IMG/VR virus record: IMGVR_UViG_3300028588_000063
Location: 1 to 33,713 of that record
Source: a virus
Lineage: Duplodnaviria; Caudoviricetes
DNA: 33,713 bases
Strand: one strand, 5' to 3'
Under the pieces are notes generated by a model that worked only from the letters and a program-made list of their open reading frames with translations, was not told where the DNA came from and made no database searches. This document shows positions 17,506 to 25,506 of the stretch, one piece after another (the first letter of the stretch is position 1; every line of letters begins with the position of its first letter). A program made the position numbers and the translations under genes.

Positions 17506-18258
17506 TCAAACACGTGCGGTGCGCAGCGCCTTCTGCAGCTCGGCCTCGAAGTGCACCGGGAAGCGCGCCGCGACGGTGGCCTGGGCGACGTCGTGGAACT
17601 TCAGGCGGCTCTGGTACTGCACCTGCGACACGAAGACGAACACTGGACGGATTGCCGTGCCGTGACCGAAGCGACGCTTGAAGTACACGCCAGGCGGCAG
17701 CCCGCGGTTCCCGTTCGGCAGTGCGAAGTACGTCACGCCCTGGCGCGCGATGGTGCGGTTCGAACGCTGGCTGCCAGAGGCGCGCGACTCGTGGCCGGCA
17801 CCGCGCTGCACCTTCAGCTGCGACAGGATCTGGGTGATCTGGCTGCGGCGGATGTTGCCGTTGGCGTCGAGCTGGGCGCCGGCGCCCGGCACCAGGAACG
17901 AGCCGACCGGCATCAGACCGTTGGCCTGCAGCAGGCGCTCGGCGCCCTTGTGGCGGCGCGCGCCGCCGAAGATCTGCGGCGACAGGAAGCGGTCGGCCGG
18001 CACACCCTTGCCGAACGGGTCATCCTTGACCCAGACGCGCGCCTCGAGATTCGTTTTCGTCGCACGCTTCAGGTACGTGCCGTTCACGGCGTATGCGGTC
18101 GGACGATCGAAGGAGGTGCGGATCTCGTCCTTGATTGCCGACTGCACGTCCTGGGCGGTGCGGGTGAGCGACACTGCGGCCACGAACGGGCCTTGCCTGC
18201 CCAGCGCGGCAATCCGGTCGGCCATGGCCGGGAAGGTGGTCTTCACACTCATTCGCAT
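17506..18258 (-). CDS. Basic phage protein resembling lambda gpZ (tail completion)
   Basis: 250 aa; LKRATKTNLEARVWV and the terminal RFPVHFEAELQKALR resemble lambda gpZ segments as I recall them; AGGAG upstream. Confidence 0.55.
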   Translation of the reverse strand: MRMSVKTTFPAMADRIAALGRQGPFVAAVSLTRTAQDVQSAIKDEIRTSFDRPTAYAVNGTYLKRATKTNLEARVWVKDDPFGKGVPADRFLSPQIFGGARRHKGAERLLQANGLMPVGSFLVPGAGAQLDANGNIRRSQITQILSQLKVQRGAGHESRASGSQRSNRTIARQGVTYFALPNGNRGLPPGVYFKRRFGHGTAIRPVFVFVSQVQYQSRLKFHDVAQATVAARFPVHFEAELQKALRTARV

Positions 18259-18296
18259 GCTGCTCTCCTAATTCATCAGGCTTTGCCGACTGTTTC

Positions 18297-18522
18297 TCAA
18301 ACCCTGCAAGTCTGAAACCCGCATGGATACTGCTTCTTGGCAGGGTATGCACACATGCAGGGTTGTTTATGATGTAGCGTTCAAAAAAAACACATCGCCC
18401 CTACTGCATTCATTCGCGCCTACGTACGCAAAACCCGGACAACCCTGCTAACCCTGCTGAAAGCCACTATCCATGCGGGTTTGCGGCTTGCAGGGTTTGA
18501 TTGCTACTCTGCGTAACCCTGC
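18297..18522. repeat. Putative replication origin: seven ACCCTGC iterons and a 33-bp inverted repeat around an A-tract core
   Basis: ACCCTGC or its complement at 18301, 18340, 18357, 18442, 18451, 18490 and 18516. Arms 18297-18329 and 18468-18500 match at 30/33. Directly downstream of the primase-helicase gene. Confidence 0.75.
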
Positions 18523-21254
18523 AATGCTCGGTCTGCACGAACCTTGCCCAGCTCCCGGAACTTGGCGATCTGCTCATCCAATGGGCGCGGGGAATCCTCG
18601 TTCTCGACCACGAACACCATCCTGGTCTTCTTGTGCTTGCTGTCGACGGCCACGGACTTCTTGGCCTTGTGCTCGCGGCCGCCGATCAGACCGGCGAACT
18701 TGCAAAGCGTGAGCGGCTTCTCGCCACTCTTGTCGCACCACCGCTTGTAGATGATGTACAGGTCCTCAGACAGACAGGAGCAGTACGGCGCATCCAGGTA
18801 CCCGTCCTTCCAGGCCCGGTGGAAGGACATCCAACCGGCCAGGCCGAACTCGATCACGCGCTCTTTCGCCAGCGTCATGGGTGGCTTGGTGTGCTCATTG
18901 AAGTCATCCAGCGGCAGCTCGAGGAGGAAGTGGTAGAACGCCTCGATCGCACCGTTCGCGATCGCGTCCTTGACCTGGTCGTAGAACGCCGGGTCCTGCT
19001 TGCGCCGCGCCTCGATCACCATGAAGCGCCGGTCCTCCAGCTCGATCGGAATCGGCTGCGGCTCGTTGGACAGGAACACCGAATTCATGTGGTTACGTTC
19101 GTCGCGCGCCGGCAGGTTCTTCTCGTTGATGTTCATGGTCTTGCCGGTGATCATGTACTTGAGGGTCCCGTTGTGGCTGTACTTGTCGTCGCGCGACAGC
19201 ACCTCCTCGAACAGCACGAAGAGCTTCTTGCTGCGCCAGGACGTGAAGGTCGAGTCCAGCTGGTGTTGACTGGCGACCGTGCCGTAGTCGCCGAACATCG
19301 GGAGCATCACGCCCTCGAAGAACAGCGACTTGCCGGTACCCTGCTTCTCCCCGAACATCAGGAGCGCGGTCTGCATCTTGGCGCCCGGATGCTGCAAGGG
19401 GTAAGCCAGCCAGCGCAGGATCCACTCCACGTAATCGGCGGCGCGGTCTTCGGCGTCGCACAGCGAGGCCAGGAGCGCGAGGATCGGCTGGATAAGCACA
19501 GGATCGTGCTTCGGCTTGAGCGGCCAGCCCAGGAAGATGTTGACGCAACTGACTGGGTCAGCCTGCTGTGTAGGATCGAACACCAGGTTGCGTGCCTCGA
19601 TGGTCTTGCGCTGCGCGTGCTCCTGCCATTTGCCGGTGAGCTCGGCCGTGTAGTCGGCGCGCACGGCGCCCAGCGTCATGACCTGCTGGCCGATGCCATC
19701 CCACACCGTCTCGGTACCGCGCAACAGGGTTAGGTTGTCGAGCATCTCGCCCAGCTTCCCGCCGCTGCCATTGCCCTCGGCTGCCTTGCCTCCAATGAGG
19801 GTGGGCAGGGAGTCGCGCAGGATGGTGCGCCGGTTCGGGGCCTTCTCCCAGCTCGCTGCCAGTTCCTTGCCGACCCACGACGTGAATGCGGACTTTTTCA
19901 GGCGCTGCTTGCGCCGGCTGTCCCACACGTCGGTGGTCGGGTAGATCAGCTGGAAGTGCTCCAGCAGCACCTCCAGCGTCGGCGCACGCATGTCAACGTG
20001 CACGTCCTGCAATTCATTCGGCGCAGGCGCGTCAGGCAGCGGCATGTCGTCCAGATAGGCCGGTGGTTCGTCGTCGACGGTCGCTGGCGCGTCGGCATCT
20101 GCGACCGTGAGGGCGCGGGAGCGCGCGGCCAGCACCTGGTCGCGCACCACATCGAGCGATTCGGCGTGCTGCAGGTCGTTGAAGTCCGACTCCTTGCTGT
20201 CCGGCGCACGGCCGGCGAACTGGGGGATGACGACAGACGCATTGCCCACGGCCTGGGCTGCTGCGCGCGAGCGCGACACGCCGGCGTTTTCGAACTTGAG
20301 CAGGCGCACCATGCGGCCGGCGCGAATGTCCGCCTCGATGTACTGGGTTCCGGCGCGGTCGGTGCGCCAGGTGGCGCGCACGTGCACGGTGCCACCATCG
20401 AGCGCCGCCAGTTGGTGGTCAACGCCGTCGATGACCGGCTCCCACGCCACGCCGAAGTCGTCGCGCAGGCATTCAACCAGGCGCGCCACGATGCGCATGT
20501 CGTCGTCGGCCAGGAACAGCAGGTGAGCCAGGGGGAAGTCGTGGCGCAGCTGCTGCGCGACGGCCATCAGGTTGCCGGCATTGAATGCCACCATGGCCGG
20601 GGTATCGAAGCCGGTGGCCTTGCGCACCGTGGCGCAGGTGGCGTAGCCCTCCCCGACCTCGATCAGCGCCGTCTCCGAAGTGACGCGGCCGATCAGAAAG
20701 CACCCGCCGACCATGTCCATGCCGGTGCTGAAACGCTTTTCGCCGTCCGGCTGGATGCGCTGCAGACCTACCAGGCGGGCCTGACCGTCGCGGTAGTTGC
20801 GAATCGGGATCAGCAGCACGCCGTCGGCGTCGACCTTCACGCCTTCGCCAGTTACACCCTTGCGCTCCAGATAGACAGACACCTTCTGTTCGTCCGCCCG
20901 GATCCAGTCGCTGCGCGCGCGGTTGGCGGCCATCTCAGCCTTGCGCAGCTTGCGTGCGGCCTCCTGGCGTTCGTAGTCAGCCTGCTTGCGCTCCGCTTCG
21001 GCGCGCTCCTCCGGCGTGACACCCTCCCAGTCGACTTTGACCGAGATGGCGTTCTGGTTCGTGCCCTGCCAGACGCCGAAGCCGCCAGTGATGACGCGCC
21101 GGCCCGAGCGCAGGTCCAGCTCTCGCAGCACATACCATGCCTTTTTCTTCGGGCCGAACCGATGGATCTTCCCGTCGGACAGCGGGTGGCCGGAGGGCAG
21201 CTGCGGCAGGCCAGCCGCGCTCATCTGCTCAATGACCTGGTCAAGCGTCGCCAT
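18504..21254 (-). CDS. Primase-helicase fusion (Toprim primase plus SF3/DUF5906-type helicase)
   Basis: EGYAT, VAFNAGNL, ADDD and SDFNDL primase motifs; GEKQGTGKS Walker A, LFEE Walker B, FLSNE and DRRF helicase motifs. AGGAG precedes ATG 21254. Confidence 0.9.
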   Translation of the reverse strand: MATLDQVIEQMSAAGLPQLPSGHPLSDGKIHRFGPKKKAWYVLRELDLRSGRRVITGGFGVWQGTNQNAISVKVDWEGVTPEERAEAERKQADYERQEAARKLRKAEMAANRARSDWIRADEQKVSVYLERKGVTGEGVKVDADGVLLIPIRNYRDGQARLVGLQRIQPDGEKRFSTGMDMVGGCFLIGRVTSETALIEVGEGYATCATVRKATGFDTPAMVAFNAGNLMAVAQQLRHDFPLAHLLFLADDDMRIVARLVECLRDDFGVAWEPVIDGVDHQLAALDGGTVHVRATWRTDRAGTQYIEADIRAGRMVRLLKFENAGVSRSRAAAQAVGNASVVIPQFAGRAPDSKESDFNDLQHAESLDVVRDQVLAARSRALTVADADAPATVDDEPPAYLDDMPLPDAPAPNELQDVHVDMRAPTLEVLLEHFQLIYPTTDVWDSRRKQRLKKSAFTSWVGKELAASWEKAPNRRTILRDSLPTLIGGKAAEGNGSGGKLGEMLDNLTLLRGTETVWDGIGQQVMTLGAVRADYTAELTGKWQEHAQRKTIEARNLVFDPTQQADPVSCVNIFLGWPLKPKHDPVLIQPILALLASLCDAEDRAADYVEWILRWLAYPLQHPGAKMQTALLMFGEKQGTGKSLFFEGVMLPMFGDYGTVASQHQLDSTFTSWRSKKLFVLFEEVLSRDDKYSHNGTLKYMITGKTMNINEKNLPARDERNHMNSVFLSNEPQPIPIELEDRRFMVIEARRKQDPAFYDQVKDAIANGAIEAFYHFLLELPLDDFNEHTKPPMTLAKERVIEFGLAGWMSFHRAWKDGYLDAPYCSCLSEDLYIIYKRWCDKSGEKPLTLCKFAGLIGGREHKAKKSVAVDSKHKKTRMVFVVENEDSPRPLDEQIAKFRELGKVRADRALQGYAE

Positions 21255-21423
21255 TGGCGCCCTCCTGATTCTCCAGGTCGGCCAGCAGGCCGCGCAGGTG
21301 TGCCAAGACACGGTCCTTGTCGACCGGGGCCTTTACTGGCGCCGGCCACAGATCACGATGAGAGCGGCGAGCGGGTTCAGTCACAGCGCGTTGAGGGATC
21401 GGGTTCAGTTCAGCGGCCATCAC
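21241..21423 (-). CDS. Small hypothetical protein
   Basis: 60 aa, overlapping both neighbours in operon fashion. Confidence 0.55.
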   Translation of the reverse strand: MMAAELNPIPQRAVTEPARRSHRDLWPAPVKAPVDKDRVLAHLRGLLADLENQEGANGDA

Positions 21424-21883
21424 TTGGGACTTCTTTCGGGGCCGCGGGCTGGCGGCAGTAAATCTGGAACATCAGCGGCATCAGCTCGCCCATGGTCTTG
21501 TGCATCTGCTGGGCGATTTCTTGAAGGTCGGCACGTTCGCGCGCGTCAATCTCGCCGTCTTTTACCGCCTTGGTGTAGGTGGCCGAAAGCGCGCCCAGCT
21601 CGGAATACAGCTCGTGGAACTTGTCATGCAGGTCTTCTCCGCAGACACCTTCGGTTTGCGGCAGCTCCAAGAACACGCCGCCCGATTCAGCCGCGACGGC
21701 CTGGGCGAAGTGCTTGGTGCCGGCATGCGCCTGGATCAGCAGCGCGGTCGAGACGCGCATGCCAGAGCCCTTGACCTCATACACGCGCGCCTCCAGCTGC
21801 GAACGCGTCATGCCGAGCGTCGCCGCGGTGCCGGTCCAGCCGTGCACCTTGATCATCTCTTGATAAGCAGGCAACAGTTCCAC
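21410..21883 (-). CDS. CII-like phage regulatory protein
   Basis: HGWTGTAATLGMTRSQLEARVYE...GGVFLELP...AVKDGEIDARERADL; sits after cro. GTG 21883 has AAGGA 6 nt upstream; alternative ATG 21898. Confidence 0.7.
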   Translation of the reverse strand: MELLPAYQEMIKVHGWTGTAATLGMTRSQLEARVYEVKGSGMRVSTALLIQAHAGTKHFAQAVAAESGGVFLELPQTEGVCGEDLHDKFHELYSELGALSATYTKAVKDGEIDARERADLQEIAQQMHKTMGELMPLMFQIYCRQPAAPKEVPSDGR

Positions 21884-22128
21884 AGTAGTTCCTTCCATTT
21901 CTTGGGTACTCTCTGCGGAACCGTCTCGTTATCATTCCTGCACGAAACCAATTCCGCCAATTTATTTCCTATGAGCAATTCTCAACGCGCACGAAAGTCA
22001 CGCTTGCTATCGAAGCTCCGGTGGGAGCGCAAACGAATTCCTCTAGTTATTCAGGTAACCCTGTTCGTTCGCTTAGGGCGTTTGCTCACCCTGTCGGCCA
22101 CAAGGGTCAAGGGGCAAATTGTGTGGAA

Positions 22129-22374
22129 TTACGAACTAGGCTCCTGCGCTAATACTGGACGTTCCACATCAGTAGCTCGCCGCATAAGACCATCACAGTG
22201 CTGAGCATGGAGACCGACGATCGCCGCCAAGGTGGTGCTCAGACACCGCGCCTGTCCATTAAGGATTCGATTGACGGTCGGTTGCGACGTCTTAAGTTCC
22301 GAGGCAAGTCGTGTTTCGCTCCATGCGGTCGCTGCCTTGACTTCGCGGAGAAGTGTCGAGGGGTCTTTGTCCAT
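22129..22374 (-). CDS. cro: Cro-like HTH regulator
   Basis: WSETRLASELKTSQPTVNRILNG HTH; divergent from cI; recognition helix QPTVNRIL is nearly identical to that of CI (QPTINRIL). Confidence 0.8.
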   Translation of the reverse strand: MDKDPSTLLREVKAATAWSETRLASELKTSQPTVNRILNGQARCLSTTLAAIVGLHAQHCDGLMRRATDVERPVLAQEPSS

Positions 22375-22380
22375 ATCCGT

Positions 22381-22409
22381 AGTCTATACGCGAATGAATA
22401 GAAAAGCAA
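22381..22409 (-). promoter_or_regulatory. PR-like sigma70 promoter
   Basis: TTGCTT (22409-22404), 17 bp, TAGACT (22386-22381), 6 nt before the cro ATG. Confidence 0.75.
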
Positions 22410-22456
22410 ACGAGAATGAATAGGTCGTTGTGTGTGCTCTATACGCGCACGTATAG
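22384..22456. promoter_or_regulatory. Three OR-like 18-bp operators
   Basis: CTATACGCGAATGAATAG (22384-22401), GCAAACGAGAATGAATAG (22406-22423) and CTATACGCGCACGTATAG (22439-22456); imperfect palindromes. Confidence 0.75.
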
Positions 22457-22463
22457 TTCCGAG

Positions 22464-23168
22464 ATGTCTATCGCAAATCGACTTGATCAAGCTATGCAAG
22501 CCGCGGGAATTGTCTCGCAGAGCGCGCTCGCCCGGGCTTCAGGGGTGCCGCAACCGACGATCAATCGCATCCTGAAAGGCACAGGAAAAAAAGGCCCTGA
22601 GACGAATACGATCAGCGCCCTAGCACAGGCCTGCAGCGTCTCAGCGCAGTGGCTGATCGACGGAACGGGTGCCATGGAACGTCTACCGAAGGAGGAGCCT
22701 CCAGAAGGTGAAGTCGTGCGCTTGACTGTGGACGACGCTAGTCAAGACTTTGTCGGCGTACGAATGGTCTCCCGATTCATTCATGCAGGCTTAGATGGCC
22801 ACGGTGGTGACGTCGAATACGAGGACCATATTGTCCTTAGCCTTCCAGTCAAGTGGGTCTTAGAGAAGGGCCTCAATGCAGCTAAGCTTATCGCCATTCG
22901 GGTTAAGGGCGATAGCATGTATCCCACTCTGAGAAAAGGGAACGTTGTCATCGTTAACACAGCGGACAACGACCCACGGTTTTTGCTTGACGGTATGCTT
23001 TATGCCGTCAATCACAATGACAAGCCGGTAGTGAAGCGGCTTGAGCTTCTTGGGGGGCAGTGGCAACTCGCATCAGACAATCAGTTGCCAGAGTATCGCA
23101 GCCGACCTGTGGATGAGAGTACCGAAATCATTGGCCGCGTCGTGCGAATGGAGATGGACTTCATCTAA
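22464..23168 (+). CDS. cI: CI-like repressor (XRE HTH plus S24 peptidase)
   Basis: SQSALARASGVPQPTINRIL HTH; HAG candidate Ala-Gly cleavage site; VKGDSMYP catalytic Ser and VVKRL catalytic Lys. -10 TATAGT lies 6 nt before ATG 22464. Confidence 0.92.
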   Translation: MSIANRLDQAMQAAGIVSQSALARASGVPQPTINRILKGTGKKGPETNTISALAQACSVSAQWLIDGTGAMERLPKEEPPEGEVVRLTVDDASQDFVGVRMVSRFIHAGLDGHGGDVEYEDHIVLSLPVKWVLEKGLNAAKLIAIRVKGDSMYPTLRKGNVVIVNTADNDPRFLLDGMLYAVNHNDKPVVKRLELLGGQWQLASDNQLPEYRSRPVDESTEIIGRVVRMEMDFI

Positions 23169-23458
23169 TGAAAATTCAGGTCGCTGAAGTTACACCTTTC
23201 GGACCACCAATCCTGGTCGCTATCGTTCCATCAGAATATACGGTGTCGTCGACTGGACCTGGGCTGATACGTCGTATCGAACCGTACTACCCCACCCATC
23301 CCATCATGCTGGTGTCGGTCGAAAGCAGTGGGTTCCGAGCCTTTGCACCATTCCAGACTCACAAGTTGCTTGCGCTCATTCAACTGGAGTACTTGCAACT
23401 TACGGAGCTTGACCTAGCGGCACCGCCGCCGGATCGCGATGAAGAGCTACCGTTTTAG
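23168..23458 (+). CDS. Hypothetical protein coupled to cI, ending DRDEELPF
   Basis: 96 aa; TAATG overlap with the cI stop. Confidence 0.75.
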   Translation: MKIQVAEVTPFGPPILVAIVPSEYTVSSTGPGLIRRIEPYYPTHPIMLVSVESSGFRAFAPFQTHKLLALIQLEYLQLTELDLAAPPPDRDEELPF

Positions 23459-23549
23459 CGAATTTCGGTGAGCTTTCAAAGCAAATTTCACTATAGACTC
23501 GGCGTGCGAACCGGCACGCTTCGATGCCGCTTGAGAACGATGCTCTCAC

Positions 23550-24260
23550 ATGATTACCTTCATTAATCGCAACTCAATTTTACTTGCGCTTAGTTGTGCC
23601 TTGGTCGGGTGCCAGAAGGAACCTTCAAAATCTGCAGCACACAATGCTGCGGTCTCTGCTCCTCCCACTAAATCGGCAAGTACAGCAGTTTCCATCCCTC
23701 ACGAAGTACCGAAGTCATACGATGGACCATTCGGCCTTGCTGGCGGCATGCCCATCGCCGAGCTGACGCAGCTTGGATTCAAACCGGTTGGAAGCCATCC
23801 AGGGATATTCACCGGAACTGCCCCGAAACCAATTGATGAGGTGACTGAGTATATTGCGTTGGCTACGCCTGATGCAGGCGTTTGCAGAATCAATGCCCGT
23901 GTGAACATCCCTGTCGTAAATGGATCGGGGGATCAGGTCAAATCGAAAGTAGATCAACTGGCCGAAATCATGGCAGTAAAGTATGGTAAGCACTCTGGTA
24001 AAGAGGACTACATTAGCCAGGAAGTCTACCGGCGCAATCCACAATATTGGATGATGGGTCTGCAAGAAGACTCAGTTTTTTACGTCTACTCTTGGCAGTC
24101 GGGAAAAACGCAACAGCAACTTCCGAACGGTCTGCAAGCGATTGAAGTCGCCGCTAATGCTTCCTCTCTGGACAAAGCATGGGCTTCCATCCAATACACT
24201 TTTACGAATTTCGACGCCTGCTTACAAGAGAACCAGAAGCGCAAAGCTTCTAACCTCTAG
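23550..24260 (+). CDS. Putative lipoprotein (immunity-region accessory gene)
   Basis: Signal peptide with lipobox LVGC, Ser/Ala/Pro linker, then a globular domain; visibly more AT-rich than the structural genes. Confidence 0.75.
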   Translation: MITFINRNSILLALSCALVGCQKEPSKSAAHNAAVSAPPTKSASTAVSIPHEVPKSYDGPFGLAGGMPIAELTQLGFKPVGSHPGIFTGTAPKPIDEVTEYIALATPDAGVCRINARVNIPVVNGSGDQVKSKVDQLAEIMAVKYGKHSGKEDYISQEVYRRNPQYWMMGLQEDSVFYVYSWQSGKTQQQLPNGLQAIEVAANASSLDKAWASIQYTFTNFDACLQENQKRKASNL

Positions 24261-24305
24261 CCCGCTCCCTCACTGAACGCCCACATGGGTTCAGCACGCC
24301 ACAAA

Positions 24306-24348
24306 TTATCCATTCGCGTATTGCCAAATCTATTCGTTCGTGTATAGT
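24306..24348 (+). promoter_or_regulatory. PL-like promoter with two OL-like operators
   Basis: TTGCCA (24321), 16 bp, TATAGT (24343). Operators TTATCCATTCGCGTATTG (24306-24323) and CTATTCGTTCGTGTATAG (24330-24347) match the reverse complement of the OR sites. Confidence 0.75.
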
Positions 24349-24375
24349 TCACTTCGTCTACCCGATGGAGTGATC

Positions 24376-24528
24376 ATGAGCACCTTCCAAGTTACTGTCC
24401 GAACTGGCGGCAAGCCCTACGTCTACAACGCCCCCGCTACCTGCGCAGGCGAAGCAGCTGAGGACGCTGCCGAGCGCTTCGCTGACGTCCCTTGCGGCAT
24501 CACCGTCACCAGCAGCGAGGTGCGCTGA
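24376..24528 (+). CDS. Small early hypothetical protein (50 aa)
   Basis: GGAG precedes ATG 24376; first gene after PL; MSTFQVTVRTGG... Confidence 0.65.
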   Translation: MSTFQVTVRTGGKPYVYNAPATCAGEAAEDAAERFADVPCGITVTSSEVR

Positions 24529-25055
24529 TGAACGCACGCAAACCACTATCGCCGCTGGCAGCCGCCATCGCGGCCGCACGTGACTTCAAAGAGCTCCTGG
24601 ACATTCAAGCCCCGGACACCCTGTCTTTCCCAAAGCACAAGGGCGATGCGCGCACTACCGCCACGTACGCGACTGCGTTACGCCTCCTCGATCAGGCTGT
24701 TACGCAAGATGCCGAGGGCGCCAAGGGCATCAGCTTTGAGCGTCGTAGTGAACTGCTCGTGACGCGTGTCGTAGCCAACAATGGAGCAGATGTTCCAGCG
24801 AACCAGTTCGAGCTTTTCGCTGGCATAACCGCTGCCATCGCCCAACTCGCTTTCGAAGTCCTGGACGAGAGCGGAGGTGGCACCAAACACAGCGGCCTTC
24901 TCGAAATCGCTGTTCGCTTTCGCGGCCAGTTCGATCAGGTCGGCGAGCTTGTCGAGAGCAAGGTGAATGTCGTTCACGGTACAGGTCTCCAAAAAAAAGT
25001 TATCGAAGAGGCATTGTGCCACGGCGCCGCGGCTGGTGACGAGGTGCGCCAATGA
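24528..25055 (+). CDS. Hypothetical protein (may be partly a shadow of the antisense gene)
   Basis: Coupled at both ends (TGATG and ATGA), with GAGG upstream of the start. Confidence 0.45.
   Translation: MNARKPLSPLAAAIAAARDFKELLDIQAPDTLSFPKHKGDARTTATYATALRLLDQAVTQDAEGAKGISFERRSELLVTRVVANNGADVPANQFELFAGITAAIAQLAFEVLDESGGGTKHSGLLEIAVRFRGQFDQVGELVESKVNVVHGTGLQKKVIEEALCHGAAAGDEVRQ
24678..24977 (-). CDS. Antisense acidic helical hypothetical protein (99 aa)
   Basis: GGAG 9 nt before GTG 24977; MNDIHLALDKLADLIELAAKANSDFEKAAVF... has an amphipathic, protein-like composition. Confidence 0.5.
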   Translation of the reverse strand: MNDIHLALDKLADLIELAAKANSDFEKAAVFGATSALVQDFESELGDGSGYASEKLELVRWNICSIVGYDTRHEQFTTTLKADALGALGILRNSLIEEA

Positions 25056-25411
25056 CCACCGCCACCAAATTGCGTAACACGCTGCTGCGCTGCGCTCGTG
25101 AAGCGACCGCCGCCGAGCCGAACAGCGTCGAGTACCGCCTGCACGCTTTCATCGCCAAGTTGTCCGGCTCTATGGAAGGGATGGGCGAGCTCGAACTGGA
25201 CGCCGCCCTGTGGCAAATGCTTCAGACGCCGCCTGCACTCGCGTCCACCACTACCCAGCCGTCTGCCGACGACCAGGTTGCCATGGCTTGGTGGAACTCG
25301 ATCACTGAAGAACGTCGCCGGCACTGGCTCTCTGTCGCCGGATCTGCCGTTCCAGCCGACGCTTGGCGCGCATTCGTCGCTTCGGAAAACAACCTCGCCA
25401 TGGAGAGCTGA
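25052..25411 (+). CDS. Hypothetical phage protein
   Basis: 119 aa; GAGG upstream; AMAWWNSITEERRRHWL motif. Confidence 0.7.
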   Translation: MTTATKLRNTLLRCAREATAAEPNSVEYRLHAFIAKLSGSMEGMGELELDAALWQMLQTPPALASTTTQPSADDQVAMAWWNSITEERRRHWLSVAGSAVPADAWRAFVASENNLAMES

Positions 25412-25412
25412 C

Positions 25413-25505
25413 ATGGGTTTCTTCGCTCTCTATCGCTACTACCGATTCACCGGTCTGCGCCGCATCGACGCCGCTCGCCGGGCCTTCAAGCTTCGCATGT
25501 ACTGA
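25413..25505 (+). CDS. Very small basic peptide (30 aa)
   Basis: GGAG upstream; MGFFALYRYYRFTGLRRIDAARRAFKLRMY fills the operon gap with 1-bp spacers. Confidence 0.5.
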   Translation: MGFFALYRYYRFTGLRRIDAARRAFKLRMY

Positions 25506-25506
25506 C

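Noticed and set aside
18297-18522. CRISPR array or MITE
   Set aside because: Repeats are 7-mers in both orientations without regular unique spacers; no cas or transposase genes; position fits an origin.
19803-19810. KOPS-like GGGCAGGG octamer
   Set aside because: Isolated hits are expected by chance in GC-rich DNA, and I cannot compute enrichment.
4474-21774. Long plus-strand ORFs such as 4474..5868, 7382..8365, 10885..12081, 14688..15881, 18501..19733 and 19956..21461
   Set aside because: Each lies opposite a clearly identified minus-strand phage gene and reads as reverse-frame sequence.
21971-22204. Plus-strand basic ORF MSNSQRARKSRLL... antisense to cro
   Set aside because: No SD, overlaps cro, and no recognisable motif; more likely non-coding cro-cII spacer.
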